Positions 1-13,500 of a stretch of 64,000 nucleotides of DNA are shown piece by piece (within the stretch, counting starts at the first letter, position 1; each line of letters opens with the position of its first letter). The position numbers were made by a program, and so were the translations under genes. The notes below the pieces were generated by a model, which was not told the origin of the DNA, did no database searches, and was given only the letters and a program-made list of their open reading frames with translations. Source of the DNA: Takakia lepidozioides (taxonomy: Eukaryota > Plantae > Bryophyta); NCBI GenBank assembly GCA_030704615.1, contig CM060734.1, positions 14,136,001 through 14,200,000 on the forward strand, read 5' to 3'.

Positions 1-894
1 CTCGAAATTTGACTAAGTTAAGTATAAAATGGACTAACCAGAGTTACATGAGAAACCGGGGTTACATAGGGTTACACCAATTGGAGGGTTACATTGATTG
101 GGGTTACACTACAAGAGTCTCCCATCAAGAATTGCACCCCAACCCTCGCCGCCTGCACCGCTATTACCTTACCATCACGCTACCCACCACAGCCTGCAAC
201 CCACTCGGATTCTTAAGTATTTAATAGTGAAACCAAGGTAAGACGGGGTGGGGAGGATTTGACAGGGCCCCCCCCCGCCAGAGTAGCCCATGCTGGGGGG
301 CGAAAGTACCGTCAGATCACACGCGTCCATTAAGTTCTTACATTATTCCTATTATCTTCCAATTAATTACATGCAAAATTAACCAGACCTTCTCAATAGA
401 TGAAACATCCACTTTTTCAGTTGAGCATCCGGTTGTCATCTATTGTTCAACTGATTAATTTCATCCAAGACGTTTGAAGAGTCTCTCGGGACGCAGAGTA
501 TGGGTCGAGGAAGAGCAAGTGGCGGAGGCAGAGAAGATGAAGAAGATGAAGAAGACGGAGGTGCTGATCAGGCGGAGATTATCCGCCCTCATGTACAAGG
601 ATGTTCTTAGAGTCTCTTGTGGACCGTGCAGAAATCGAAAGGAACGACATTGTACCGAAAAAATCATGTGTAATCACATCTAGCTCTTCTATAACTCTCT
701 TCTGCATTGCGAGCGTCATCTCTGTCTTGCTGCCAGATCCAGGACTGAGATCTTAAGGCCTTGAATGAAATTGTTTCGGGTTTGAGAAACAATTCAACCC
801 ACAAACTTGTGTAATGCAAGCTGAATTTGTTGGGCTATTTAGTGCATTGGCTGGATCTGACACTCTGGAGCCGTGTTGTCACTATTCTGTTAAT

Positions 895-1200
895 GTTGAG
901 AGTATTGGCCACTGCTCCAACTAATGCAGCAGTGGACGATTTGGTGGAAAGGATTGCATTTGCAGGCCTCAATGTTGTCCGAGTGGGAAACCCAACCAGT
1001 GTGGCCCCAGCTGTGTCAGCAACATCTCTGAGTAATATTGTATACGTGAAGTTGGCCAGCTTCCTTCGGGAGATGGTAAGGAGGCAAGCGGTGTAGTGAT
1101 TTGAGGCAATACCTAGGAGATGGTTCTATGGCAGCACAGATTCGGCAGGTATTGAAACAGCTTGGAAAAGCATTGGAGTTAAGGGAGAGGGGATGCCCTT
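895..1200 (+). pseudogene. Fragment of a UPF1/SMUBP-2-like SF1 helicase
   Basis: RVLATAPTNAAVDDLVERI..GLNVVRVGNP (SF1 motif Ia region). After a stop/frameshift near 1095 it continues as DLRQYLGDGSMAAQIRQVLKQLGKAL. No flanking helicase exons are visible. Confidence 0.75.
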
Positions 1201-1239
1201 TCATCAGCCCAGGTCAGTGAGCCGTTCAATTTCTTACAG

Positions 1240-4200
1240 AAAACTGCTTTCTTGGGGCTGCAGGGGTGGTGCTGATTTCCTTGCTGGTGACGGCCTGGCT
1301 GTGGTGGGCTATGGAGCCCATGCAAGCAGAAGCAGGATCATTCACTGACATGGAAAAAAATATCAGTAATATGATTTCAGGCATGGACGTATGCAACAGA
1401 AATAATTATCCCCCACCATGGGAGCTACGGGGTGATCAGCTTACCATATTAGTCAATGGATTTGCGGAAGCCCGCTTGCCATTACTGCAAGAAAGTGTCC
1501 GAATGTACTCTGCATCTACCGCTGTACATTCAGTGTTTATACTGTGGGGCAATACATCTACCCCAGCATCTGTCCTCCAGGAGACAAAATTCGAGACACT
1601 TGGAGCCCCAATCTACATAGTGAGGCAAGAATCTCCAAGTTTAAATGATCGGTTCCTCCCTCGGCCCTACATCAAAACAAAGGCGGTGATGATCTGCGAT
1701 GATGATATTACAATTGAACCTAACAGCCTGGAATTTGCACTGCAGGTATTAATCACAGTAAGCATGTGCTCAAAGCCTATCAAGACAGTCAAAATTTGAT
1801 ATGGAATTTGAGTGAGGTTTGATTGTTCACTGTACAGGTTTATAAATGGATCCAGAGACTTCTAGAGGCCCTCAAGCTACAGATGAACAAATGCGTTAAG
1901 TACTATCAACACGCACTGGGTGGGGATCTGATGCAGGTGTGGCGTGATAATCCAGTGCGAATAGTGGGCTTCTTCCCGCGAGCCCATTCGTACCAACTAG
2001 AAAGCCACTCATGGATCTATACAAGACATCAACAGAGGTACTCTATTATGCTGACAAAGCTCATGATTCTTGCCACGGACTACCTATATCGCTATACCTG
2101 TGAAATGCCGGTGGGTGTGCGAGAGTATGTTGATCTGGGATTGAACTGTGAAGACATTGCCATGAACTTCTTGGTCTCAAACTACAGGTACTCGCTTTGA
2201 TCTGGATGATGTTTCATCTGTATTGCCTTTTTTCTCTGGTTTGGTTTTGATACAATATATAGGCATATTCTTGAACACGCACAGACATACATTTAGTGTG
2301 ACATGTCCAAGCTACACTTCTGAAAGTATGCAGCAAGACCCAAACCAATATAAAATCCCGCACAGTGCCCTTTGAATCATGTCTATGTTGCAGAGTACTA
2401 GTAAATGTGATCTTTGGGGTAACCAATACAAGATATTTAAGTGGTTGCTTTTAAGCTCATGGAAAGCACTTGCAATACATTTGTCGGCATCAAGGTTTCA
2501 ATGTCTTGTATATGCACCATCATATTCTCAGGGAGTGAGGGTATTTGACACGGAAGAGGCACATAATGTGTTCATCGAAAGTTATGTGTTAGGATTTGTG
2601 CAAATCTTGTCTTTAAGGGAATGGCTACATATGTCAGGTGGTTTGTTGTTTGTCATACAGTGGCCTTGGCCCAGTGCTGGTGGAGGGACGGCCCCGAGAC
2701 TGGGGAGATACGCGGAATTCTGACAGGGAATTGAGTACCATGGGGCTAAGTGCTCGTGCAGAGCATAGGAAGGACAGAGGGGATTGCATTGCAGAGTTTC
2801 AAAGGCTGTGGAACAGCATGGAGTTGCGGTTTAGTTATGCCAAGGCAGTCCCCAATTTGGAAGAGCAGGTAAAGTTTCTCCTCTTTCTAAACCCTTCTTC
2901 CAACATCAGTCAAGGTGCTTATCACCAACTCTGTCTTTGCACCTCAAGGAGCATTCCACTCTTTTTCAGTTCTTGGGTTCCATAGAATCTACTTCTCACT
3001 TAGCACCTGCAATCATAACTGCAGACCTTCTCCTAAATTGCTTGTATAGCTTCAGGAGGGTGACCCTGGGGAATTTGATGTTATATTGCCATTTGCAACT
3101 TCTCAGACTTGAACTACTACATGGTGCAACACTCTGAAGAACATAAGTTTGTCAGTGAGTTCACCCTTCAGTTCCAATGTACAGACTTTCACCTATCCAT
3201 ACTTCGTAGTATTGATTGGATTTTTGTGACTCGTCATTGTATCGACTGTGGGGCCTCCAGGTTTACTGTGCAAAGTTTGGTTATTTAGTCAACTGTGACA
3301 GGCATGCAAGTTCCATTCGAGATGCGCGGAGAATTAGCGGTGAGAACTTAATAACACATACATATCGGTATGCCTATGTCACTCTCATAGAGTCCCAGAG
3401 CATGTTGGATGCCTCAATCGTGTTGGCCCAGTCTCTCCGTAACACTGGAACTGTTCACGATATTGTCCTCCTCATTGATACAAGGTGCTCTGTAAGCGCT
3501 AACAATCGGATTCTACAACAACATTTTGATCTTATACAAAAGGTTGACCCCATCCGCCAGGGACAGAAATGGAAGGGGCTGGCAGAGTTGAACTCATGGC
3601 TGCTAATAGAGTTTGAGAGGGTGATCTTTCTTGACATCACATGTTTGATCTTGGTCAACTTGGACCATCTGTTCCTCCTTCCTGAGCCCACAGCAGCTCC
3701 ACAGAGCCATGCAGCAGGCGAGTTCAACACTCGATTGCTGGTCTTGAAGCCCTCAAACCACACCTACTTGGACATTGTGAAGGTGTTGGAGAAATCCATT
3801 GACTTGGACGGTTGCAGTGGACACCAGTTGTTAAACAAGTATTTCAATGGCTGGTTCCAGATGCCAGTTGAGCATCGCCTACCCTTTCGATATAATGTGC
3901 CAATAAGTATGGCAAAGTCTCCAGTCCCATCATATTTTGACTTCAACAAGGCCATGGTTCCTCCTGCAGTGGTCTTTTTCCCCAAGTCAAAGCTAGCCTT
4001 GGGGCATAAGCTGAGGAAGAGGGAGGGAATGATTGGAAATGAGACAAAGACAGGCACCCACAGACAAGCAGTTGATTTTTCCTTACTGGGAAACACCACT
4101 GCAAATGAGAAGCTGTGGTACACTGTTTGGTTAAATCTGCTAGAGGCTTTGAAGAGAAATCACTATCGACCATTGGATGATGACACCACGCTTACTAATA

Positions 4201-5425
4201 AATCGGCTCCTGACACTCTGGTGAATCTGATTTGGCCACCAAGGCCCCAACCGGCAGCCTCCGAGCACCTGTCTTTGTCCTCACCTGATGGCAGATCACA
4301 GGAAGCATTCATCACAGTTGTGTGGGCAGCTGAGCAACTTCTCTCTGTAGCAGGTAAGTAGGATGGATGTGTGTAGACGTATACATTTGTATGTCTGGGT
4401 TTGTACATAAGAATGACATATATTCAAATTTATATCTCGGTGGGGTGTGGGTCTCATGGAGAGCTATCACAAGCGCAAGTTAAGTCAAATGGCACCAGCG
4501 TGCCAAGATGTTTGTGGATCATTTTTCTACAGTCCTACTTTGAGCCCATTCAAGAGCAACATCTGTATGTTGAGGTCTCATGGTATTGCAGATTTCCAGA
4601 ATTTGGGAATGATGCCCAAGGCAGCAGTGCCAGTGTTTGAATCTGGCATTACATTAAGTATATCAATGTTTTGTCAGCAGGTCCAGCTAGAGTCTACAAT
4701 GAACACTGACTACCTTATACTGAAAGTTGATGTGGTTTGCAGGCTGGGTTACAACATACCTACAACATCATTTGTGGCCTTCTCGGCATGAAACACTCCT
4801 TTTAGTGCTTTCCACAGTGAAGGACAACGCATGGGTACCATACAGCGGTCTCTTTAGTCAAATTGTAGTTGTGGATCCGATTGACGTGGGAGGCCGCATC
4901 GTTGACCCCTCTTACATGATTCTACATGTCTGGAATCAGACAAGATATGAGAAGTTGATTTACGTGGACCACGCCTCTCTCTTTATGGACAACTGTAATT
5001 TGTTGCTCGAGTTTCTCCCCTTTGCAGCAATCCCAAGCTACTTTTTGCCAGACACATTTTCAACCAAAGTGATGGTGATACAGCCGGATAGACCCACATT
5101 CTTGGATTTACTAAGAAAGCTTGCCCTCCTTGATAGTGCAGGGCCACCAGTGGTACGATTCCTGAATGAATTTCTTAGTGAGTGGTACCTAAGTTCTCCA
5201 ATGCATCGCATTGCGCCATCCTTCCACTTCCAGTTTTCTATTGATCTAGGGTTGAAGACTAGAAAAGAACCATGGAAAATTATTGCTGTTTCTTCCCCAC
5301 ACAAGCTTGATGCAACATCTGAGACTGTCAAATTGTGGCGGCAAGCAGTGTGTGAAATGCAGCCATCAATCGCACCTACTATTCTCTCTCCAATTTGCAA
5401 TTCAACTGAGCTTCAAATTGGCTAG
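1240..5425 (+). CDS. Multi-exon glycosyltransferase: N-terminal TM helix, GT64 (EXTL/EPC1-like) domain and two GT8 (glycogenin/PGSIP-like) domains
   Basis: Exons ~1240-1745, 1937-2187, 2661-2868, 3261-4353 and 4743-5425 have GT-AG boundaries in compatible phase. GT64 motifs: SLNDRFLP, TKAVMICDDD, IVGFFPRAH, NCEDIAMNF. GT8 motifs: YAYVTL, WLLIEFERVIFLD, NLDHLF, LPFRYN; second copy WNQTRYEKLIYVD. The start codon was not located. Confidence 0.8.
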
Positions 5426-6529
5426 TTATGGCTACATTTTCCCAGTCCATTAACCTTGCAGAACATCCTCAATGCACGTAATCTGGTTCCACTTCTCACC
5501 TGCTGGGCGAGGTGTGGCTGGTGCTCCCCTTATTCTGGCTATTGGGCACAGCTGGTGTGCTGGTGTTTGGAAGCCCACTTTGGCTGCCTAACAAATGCCA
5601 CCTTTTCTGTGGACATGTGCTGCTTTGATCTGATCGAGCAGAAACTTCTGAGGTATGGGTTCCTTGCCTATCTAACTCAGCTCAGCTCTGTCTTGCAAAG
5701 CAGGTTCGTAGCCTGAGTGAGTGCTAGAAGGAATGATGCTTTGTGTGCTTTAGTAGAAGATTCTTCAATCTGCTTGTCAGAGCGTGGTCCCGTCCTCTTG
5801 GTTTTTCCATTGCCAGGTCATGGTCCAGTGATAGATCTGGCCAACCCCCCCACCCGTCTTGCATCCACCTGTGTGTCACCGAAACCCTTTCACGGACGGA
5901 CCAGAAATCAGAATAGGCTCAAAATGACCCAGAAAGTATTTTCTCACCTAGTTTTTGTCAGCCTGAGAAGCAGGGGGTTGCCCATTTACACAATTTCCAG
6001 GCATTCTCTTAAAGATGACATTCAGACCTATGAATCTTGAATTTAGCCTCTGCAAAGATATTGCTGGAATTGAGTACACTTTGAAGATGAAACCAATCAT
6101 GGATAGTTAACCATGGCTGGAGTCTATGGTTTGTCTTCCAGCCTCTACATAGTATGTTCAGCCTGACTCTCTCTGGTAAGGTTATCAGCACTCTGAAGCA
6201 ATTTCAGCCCCTGCAATCTACATGCTCATCATCAATGCGAAAAAGATAACTGCTGCCGACTCCCATGGTCTCGTATAGGCTGGAACGCTCATTAGTCACT
6301 GTGAACAAAGGCAAACGAAAAAGAAGGGAAAACTGTGGACAAGGAAGGAGTGCACAACGATGTCTTTTCCTTCATCTATGGGCAGTGTGAAGGAAAGGTA
6401 AACACAAAAGAAGCGAAACTGTGGACGAGGAGGAAGTGCACTTCCTTCACCTAGAATGGCCAGGTTGCAGCCTCTTGGAAATTGGAATGGAAGTGAAGGC
6501 TTCTACGACCTTCAAGAAGCTTGCAACTG

Positions 6530-7412
6530 GAGTGGAGGAGAGTACTGTGGATGAAGCTGTTCTGGAAGTTGGTAAGACAATGAAAGGAAAGCCAGACCAC
6601 AGAGCCATAAGGAGGCTCACAACAGAAGTTTAGGAGAGTCCTGTATATAAGGAGGAAGGTGCTCTGAAAGCTGGTAAGACAAAGAAAGTGAAGCCATGCC
6701 TTCAAGCAGTCAGGAGACTCACAACAGCAGTGGAGAAGAATCCTATATGTAAGGAGGACACTGTTTTGGATGGTGTTAAGATAAAGAAAGAGAAGCCGAG
6801 TCTCTGAGCAGTCCAGAGGTTCACCACAGCGGTTGAGGAGAGTCCTGTGTGTAAGAGAAATCTGTTCTGGAAGGTGGCGAGACAGAGAGCGCGAAGCCCA
6901 ACCCCGAATCGGTTAGGGGGTTCACATCAGCAGTGGAGAAGTGTGTAGTAAGGAGGAAGCTGTCCTGGAAGCTGGTAAGAGAAAAAAAGAGAAGCCAAGC
7001 GGCAGAGCAGTCAGGGGGCTCACCACAGTGGTGGAGGAGAGGTCTGTGTGTAAGGAGGAAGCTGTGCTGGATGATAGTAAGAGAGAAATGAAATGAAATG
7101 GTGCTTTATAGCGTCCGAGAGAGAAAGAGAAGCCCAGGTCCCGAGCACTCACAACAGTGGTGGAGGAGAGTTTCTTGTGTAAGGAGGACACTGTCATGGA
7201 CGGTGGTCAGAGAAAGAAAGAGAAGCCAAGACACGGAGCAGTCAGGGGGCTCACAACAGTGTTGGAGGAGAGTTCTGTATGTCAAGAGGAAGCTGTCATG
7301 GAAGGTGGTAAGAGAAAGAAAGAGAAGCCAAGCCATGGAGCAGTCAGGGGGCTCACAGCAGTGGAGGAGAGTTCTGTGTAAGGAGGAAGCAGTCCTGGAT
7401 GGTGGTAAGAGA
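6530..7412 (+). repeat. Degenerate ~102-bp tandem repeat (34-codon unit EEAVLEGGKRKKEKPSHGAVRGLTTVVEESSVCK); resumes at 12135-12340
   Basis: gtggaggagag..tgtaaggaggaagctgt..ggtggtaagagaaagaaagagaagcc..gcagtcagggggctcacaaca recurs about 8 times before and about 2 times after the LINE. Confidence 0.85.
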
Positions 7413-7418
7413 TTGTAC

Positions 7419-9781
7419 TCATAAGACGTTGTTTGCCGTAGCCTTGTGGCCATTGACCCCGCGCCCAGTTTGAGCAGGAACAAAAGGGACAGAACCTACC
7501 TCTGTCAGGGGCTGACGTTGGTAGTAAGACTTACCTTCATATATAGAATTAATCCGGGTTTTCCAGATATCCTCTAGAAATCCCTTCACACAAGCATCAA
7601 TCTGCTGTGTGTGATTTGCCCAAAAACTAGGCCTCAGGAGGGCCTGGGCTTTTAGCTCAGCCTCGAGACTTTCAAAGTTGGTAAACAGGGGTACAGGCAC
7701 AATTCCCTTGATAGATTTGAAGAGAGCGTCTCTTTGGTGAGAGAACCCCGGACAGTGTATCAGAAAATGAATACTGTCTTCAGATTGCCCACACAACGGG
7801 CAATTGCACTCTCCCTTTCCTCTCTGCTTCTGTTTGCTGTTCAAAGGTAGGCTTCCTGCCCTGAGTTTAAATTTCAGTCTAGTGCCGAGAGTGGGTAGAC
7901 CCTTGAGGTCATCCAAGATGTCCTCCCCCATGTCACTGACTGGAAACAAGTTCAGGGAAGTTTTCTGCCTAGCTTCATTTTCATCAGACAATCTCATGGC
8001 AACAGACATGGCTTTGGATACTACAGCCTCTAAGTCAGATTTATGCAGCAGGGTCAAGACTTGCGGATCCAGGTCCAGGTCCTTGAGAATCTCTTCTACT
8101 CTCTTCTGCCAGGACTTAGCCTGTTTGACAGGGCGGTCCTGTTTCCAAGATATAGAGTCGATTAACTTAGAATATCTGGTGTTGGACATATGTTGCAGCT
8201 GACCCCACCATCTGACCTTGAATTCATCTCGTCGGGAGCTTAAGGACGGAATGCCAAACTCACCCCGAACAGCCACATTGGCTGTTTTGGAGCATGCTGA
8301 CATACACTCCTTAAGCACCCCCACTTGAATGGATTCTAGAGACTTAGCCTGGTTGGAGTTATCAACCCATATTGCAGATCCGTACTCCAAGGCAGGTCTA
8401 GTAACGCGACAAAGCATGGTTTTCTTAACCTCAGAGTTGACCCCTCTGCAGTGGAAAAATTTAGTGAGCCCCAGAGCTTTGCCCTTGCCAGTTTGAACAA
8501 CTTTCCGGATATGTGCATCCCAATTACAATTGGAGGAAAACTCAACGCCCAGGTAAGTGTAGGAAGGGAGGACCGGGATCTCTTGGCTACCCCACTGCCA
8601 CTTAAGATCACTTCCTCCCTCTCCTCTGTCGTTGAATGCTACCACTGCACATTTGCTGACATTAGCCTCTAGCCCCCAAAGATCAAAGTATCTCTTCGCG
8701 CAATCAATCAACTCCTGGAGATTGGTTGGAGTCTCCCCTATGCCTGCAAAGTCATCCGCAAACATAAGGGCTGGTATGGTGGTATCACCCACCCTTAACC
8801 CAAATCCCTCACTTTCCACATCCTCGAGGAGTTGATTGATGAAAACATTGAAGAGCAGAGGGGAGAGAGTACATCCTTGAGCTACACCTTGGTCTATGTC
8901 AAAGAAGTTGGACTTCTGTCCGTTAACAGTGACACAGCTTTTGGTGTGTGCATACAAGTTGTGGACAACTCTCCACATCTTTCCCTTGATCCCACAAGAC
9001 CAGAGGCGGAACCATAGGCCATCTCTCCACACTGTGTCATAAGCCTTTTTGACATCCAGGAAAAAAACATAAGTGGGTTTCCCTTCTTTTTTCCTTCCCT
9101 GGATAATCTGGCTTAGAGTGAAGATATGATCCACACAGCCCCTGTTTCGCCGAAAGCCAGCTTGGCCTTCGTGGAAACAACCTCTAGACTCCAGATCAAC
9201 CTCGATACGAGTACTTATAACTCTGCAGAATGTCTTGCCAACAGCATTGAGGAGCGTGATGCCACGGTAGTTCCCCGGTTCTTCTCTGTCACCCTTCTTG
9301 TATAGATTGACAATGACCCCCTGTCGCCAGCGAAAGGGGATCATTTCAGTCTTCCAGATAAGGTTAAAGAGGAGAACTAGGGCCTCTATCATGGGATCGC
9401 CACCGTGCTTGATAAGCTCGTTGACAATACCATCAGGTCCACCAGCTTTATATCCATTTAAATGTTCAATTGCTTCCACAATCTCAGAAGAACTAATGGG
9501 AGCGTTATAAGCCATTGAAATATACTCCAGTTCATCAGGGCTGTTTTGAATCATAGGAACAGTTTTTCCAACTGTGTCCCTCGATTCAGCAGAAGACCCC
9601 TCACTGTTAGACCTAGAAGTTCTGCCAAGGATACTGTAGTGAGTTTCAAAGGTTTTGACAATGTCAACCGATGAAGTCACCACTGCAGTAGTCTTCAGCG
9701 CTTGTACTTGCTGACCATTTTTCGGCTTGTACAAACGTTGAAGGGCCAACCAGAATTTCTTGTCATTACCACCATGGTGGT
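7419..9781 (-). CDS. LINE ORF2 reverse transcriptase with C-terminal CCHC zinc finger (endonuclease part displaced)
   Basis: KAGGPDGI, NYRGITLL, QAGFR, DVKKAYD, GVAQGCTLSPLLF, FADD, YTYLG and CPLCGQSEDSIHFLIHCP in an open frame of about 790 codons. Confidence 0.93.
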
Positions 9782-10378
9782 TTGAACACAAGACGAGCAA
9801 ATTCTATACACGGGGTAATTGTCCCCAAGCCGTCAGATGGACAATCTGTCCCTAAGTGTGCAGAGCCTGAACGTCGTGTAACTGAAGGATTTGGTACTCT
9901 AAATGGTTTACCAATCCTCAAAGTCTACACAAGACGAGCAAAATCTATACACGGGGTAGTTGTCCCCAAGCAGTCAGACGGACAATCTGTCCCTAAGTGT
10001 GCGGAGCCTGTGCGTCGTGTAACTGAAGGATTTGGTACCCTGAATGGTTTACCAATTCTCAAAGTTTACACAAGACAAGCAAAATCTACACACGGGGTAA
10101 CTGTCCCCCCTTTGCAGAACGGTTGGCCGTCCAGGAGCAATCACAAGCTTCCTAGACTACAAACAATTCATATGCAAAGGGCTGGCTTGCGGCTGGGTAC
10201 TTTCAATTTCTCAGGGCTGACTAACCAAAGGAAACAACTCGAAGTGGCACAAGTTCTTCAGGCCAATAACATTCATATTTGTGCTGGTCAGGAGACATGG
10301 GAAACTCCGGATAAATTGGTTGGAGATGTCAATGGGTATAAGTGGACGGGTAAGATGTGTACTCTCAAGGCAGAGTGA
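9782..10378 (+). mobile_element. Inverted LINE segment: ~2.3 x 141-bp tandem repeat followed by the APE-endonuclease N-terminus
   Basis: Repeat units start at 9787, 9928 and 10069, followed by LRLGTFNFSGL..LQANNIHICAGQETW (EEP motifs) on the strand opposite the RT. Confidence 0.75.
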
Positions 10379-10394
10379 TGGGTCTGTAGTTTCT

Positions 10395-10550
10395 AGTGTT
10401 AGCCCTATCTTTTTTTTGTAAAATATGGTAATCCCCCCCTGCGATATAGGGGCAGACATGCGTCCAAAGGTTTTTATCATATTGGCCATTTCACAGAAGT
10501 CTTCGGAGATGTGGGACCACACTGCTTTGTAAAATTCAACCTGCATCCCA
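10395..10550 (-). pseudogene. Short RT fragment of a second (L1/Tx1-like) LINE
   Basis: DGMQVEFYKAVWSHISEDF..SQGGITIFYKK resembles the L1-clade PGxDG..EFYK..W...G.I.L.PK region. Confidence 0.6.
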
Positions 10551-13500
10551 TCAATCATGAGGGTCTTGTTGTTGCTCATGAGGTTGAACGCATCCTCCAG
10601 TTCCTGAGCCGAGAATTCCCCATGAATCCTGATTCAGCAGGATTGAGCATCTAGGGAATTGCAAATAGGCAGCGTTGCAGGTTACATAGTTTATCTGGAT
10701 CTGCAGGGTCATCCTAGAATAACGAGGTAAAGTTCGTGGAAGCCAGATCACATAAGTCTCGGGGTTTGGATGACTTAAGTGCCATTGTTGCCTATAATCA
10801 ATTTTTTGAAATGCTTTAGAGGGATTGCCTCAACTTCATCTTTTGGAAGAAGTAATTTGTCATTTTTTCCTCCTCAGGAAAAAATTCCTGCTTGCATTTG
10901 CATTTTTTTTCCTAGACGACCTACGGCCAGGATTTGCCTTTTATGATCAGAGGCCGTAATCACTTTGCTTAGGTCCTGTATGTGGCCGAGAGTTTGGATA
11001 TGAATATCTGATTGGGCGAGTCAGGTGGTTCCTTGACTCCAACCATGCTGTTTCCAGCCCAAGAATGAATGCTAGGATCTTGAGATGACTAGTGTTAAGC
11101 GGCCTATAGATGCCTCTACCTCGCCTTTGAGCATTTTGGCATTGAAAGGGTGGGGGCAATCACAACGTGGTCAAACCCCTGAGCAATGGGTTTCTGAGGC
11201 TGCAAAAGGCTTGCACCATTGGAGATGGACATAGAGGGAGTTTTATGATTTTTTAACCTCGGTCATAGGAGCTTACAAGATAATTGCAAAAGCTTTGGCA
11301 CTGCGTATTCAACCCCTTCAACCCTATTTTAACTATTTTAACTATTCTGCTCTGCTGTTTGGATTCAACCTCATCCAGAGCATCAAACCGATTAGAAACT
11401 CTCAAGTTGAAGTCCTTGCCCTTGGTTGTCTTCCTAGAGCGCCCCATTGAATCACCAATGTCTAAGACCCCTCTCCAGCCAGTCAAGGGACGAACTTCTT
11501 TGAGATTGAATTGATGTGGGACTCTATTAGAAGCACTTTGGTCATTGCAACCTTCAACGTACCCCTGTTATCAAGTCTCGAGATGGAACCATTAGCCATG
11601 AAATCCAAGCCTAAGCTAGAGCATGTAGTTTTAAAGGACACATCGTCCATCCTGGGATTCACCCCAAAAACTACACATGAAGCCCTAGATTTGGCATAAG
11701 TAACCAATTCCCAGGAATCACCCTGAGGAGTGTTGATGTTGATAGGAGCTAAAATTTTGATTGTTGTCGCAGGCTATAAGTTTAAGCACAGGAACCAACC
11801 CGAGCCCCAAGTGCCGAGGTGCTAGACAGAGCATACGACTGCCCAATTTGGGCGGAGGGGCTGCCCCCAAGCGGTAGGGGTCCGCTTGTTACCATTCAGA
11901 GATCACACTCCAGGGAGTTGCAGGGAATGGCCCGTGTAGGCATATTCTAAAGAGGGAAAGGCCCCAAGCTTTCCAACTAAATCCAATGCACTACCTTACC
12001 TGGAGCAAAGCGCTTCAAGTCGAAACAAACAAGGACACGAGGTCACAAGGCCGGCATTTAGTCACAGAGACATTAATGTACTCCCGTATCAAAGTCCACC
12101 CAATGGCAATAGGCTTCCTAGAGGACAGGGAGAAATGGTGGTAAGAGAAAGAAAGAGAAGCAGTCAAGGGGCTCGCAACAGTGGTGGAAGGGAGTTCTAT
12201 GGGTAAGGAGGAAGCTGTCCTGGATAGGTGTAAGAGAAAGCATGAGATTCCCAGCCATGGAGCAGCCAAGAGGCTCACAACAGCGGGGGACAAAAGTCCT
12301 GTGTGTAAGGAAGAAACTGTCCTAGAGGGTAGTAAGACACTTGCATGTCAGCAGAATGTCAGCTTGCAGGGCAGTTCATCCAAGATTAGGCAACGAAAGG
12401 ATATAGTGGGACCACCACTGGATGTGTCCATTGGATGTGTAAGATGTTCAATCGACGGCGGTTGGGCATGGCGCCATTGGGCTCGAAATGGAGCCAAACG
12501 AAGGTTGTTGAAGGTGGGTAGTCTGACAGGCAATGTCCTGGCTTCGCCATGCTCAAACAGCAGTCTCCAGTCTGCGCAACGAACCATGCCAAACTCTGCA
12601 AACTTGCCATTGTGCAGAGGGGTCAGACATGCTGAGGTTCAATCAGCTCAAGGTCCAATAAGTTCTCCATTTCCTGTTTAACCAGCTGCAGCACTTTAAG
12701 TTCTAGGAATGTTGCTTTCCGAGTCCTATTATGTTTGCTTTACTCACACTATGGTAAGGTTGCAAATTGTTTTCACTGGTGTGACGAAGACGGGCTCATC
12801 AGTATTTCCAACTGTAGCATCGGGACAATCCATTTTGCTTCAAGCACTTTGCTGCCTGACTTAGCCCTCTGCCCTGAGCTGATGATGTGTGCTAAATGAA
12901 CCCTATGTATGGAAGTATTTTTGTTTCAGCCTTCACTTTGGAGGGTGGTTAGTCATACATTTAAAACGGCCATAAGGGATCATGTCCAGCACTTTTGGGT
13001 GCCGGCTGCAACACTGGTGTCCCCAAACACTTTCCTCCAAAACAAGAGGAAGCTTTGGATCTTGGACTATGTTTTTGTGGTTACAGTTTTTCTCACCATA
13101 AAGAGGCCTCTTGCCATTCCCTAGGTTCATAACTCTGCTCTGAATTCCAAGGTCTCTCTTGCTTGCGTGTTGTATGTCAGTTGGATGAGGTTAGATGACA
13201 TGCTTATGTGTAGGTCTTTCTACAAATTTAAACATATGCTCTGTTTGGGGCTCTTGGGTGGCAGGCCCGCAAGAAGCTGCTGACATTCTAACGTAGCAAG
13301 ATCCATGACTGGGGCTTAGAGGCACTGGAGCCTGTTGATGGGGAGGACTTTGTCATTGAACATGTGGGCGAGACCATTCAACGTCAGGTTCCTCTCTGTC
13401 CTTTCTTGAGAAAACCTCATACATAGCTTTTGAAATCAAGGGTATCCATACTACTTGTAGGACTGGAGGGAAACGGGTGCTATTGTGGTAGGGAGTCAAT

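Larger units (their letters stand above)
7413..12134 (-). mobile_element. Non-LTR retrotransposon (LINE), internally rearranged, with 14-bp TSD
   Basis: ATGGTGGTAAGAGA occurs at both 7399-7412 and 12135-12148. Contains an RT ORF, an ORF1-like remnant (VSNRFDAL, ~11290-11740) and an inverted endonuclease start. Confidence 0.8.
6530..13387 (+). pseudogene. ATXR7/SET1-like H3K4 methyltransferase pseudogene, interrupted by a LINE
   Basis: 12181-12681 reads SIGCVRCSIDGGWAWRHWAR, like the ATXR7 SDGCARSSINGWEW motif. 13265-13387 reads [40 protein letters not shown], the start of a SET domain with an in-frame stop. The 5' limit is approximate. Confidence 0.65.

Noticed and set aside
1-700. Possible LTR end (GGGTTAC repeats, G/C runs) and ORFs 9-224 and 474-683
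   Set aside because: There is no partner repeat, PBS or recognisable domain within the window.
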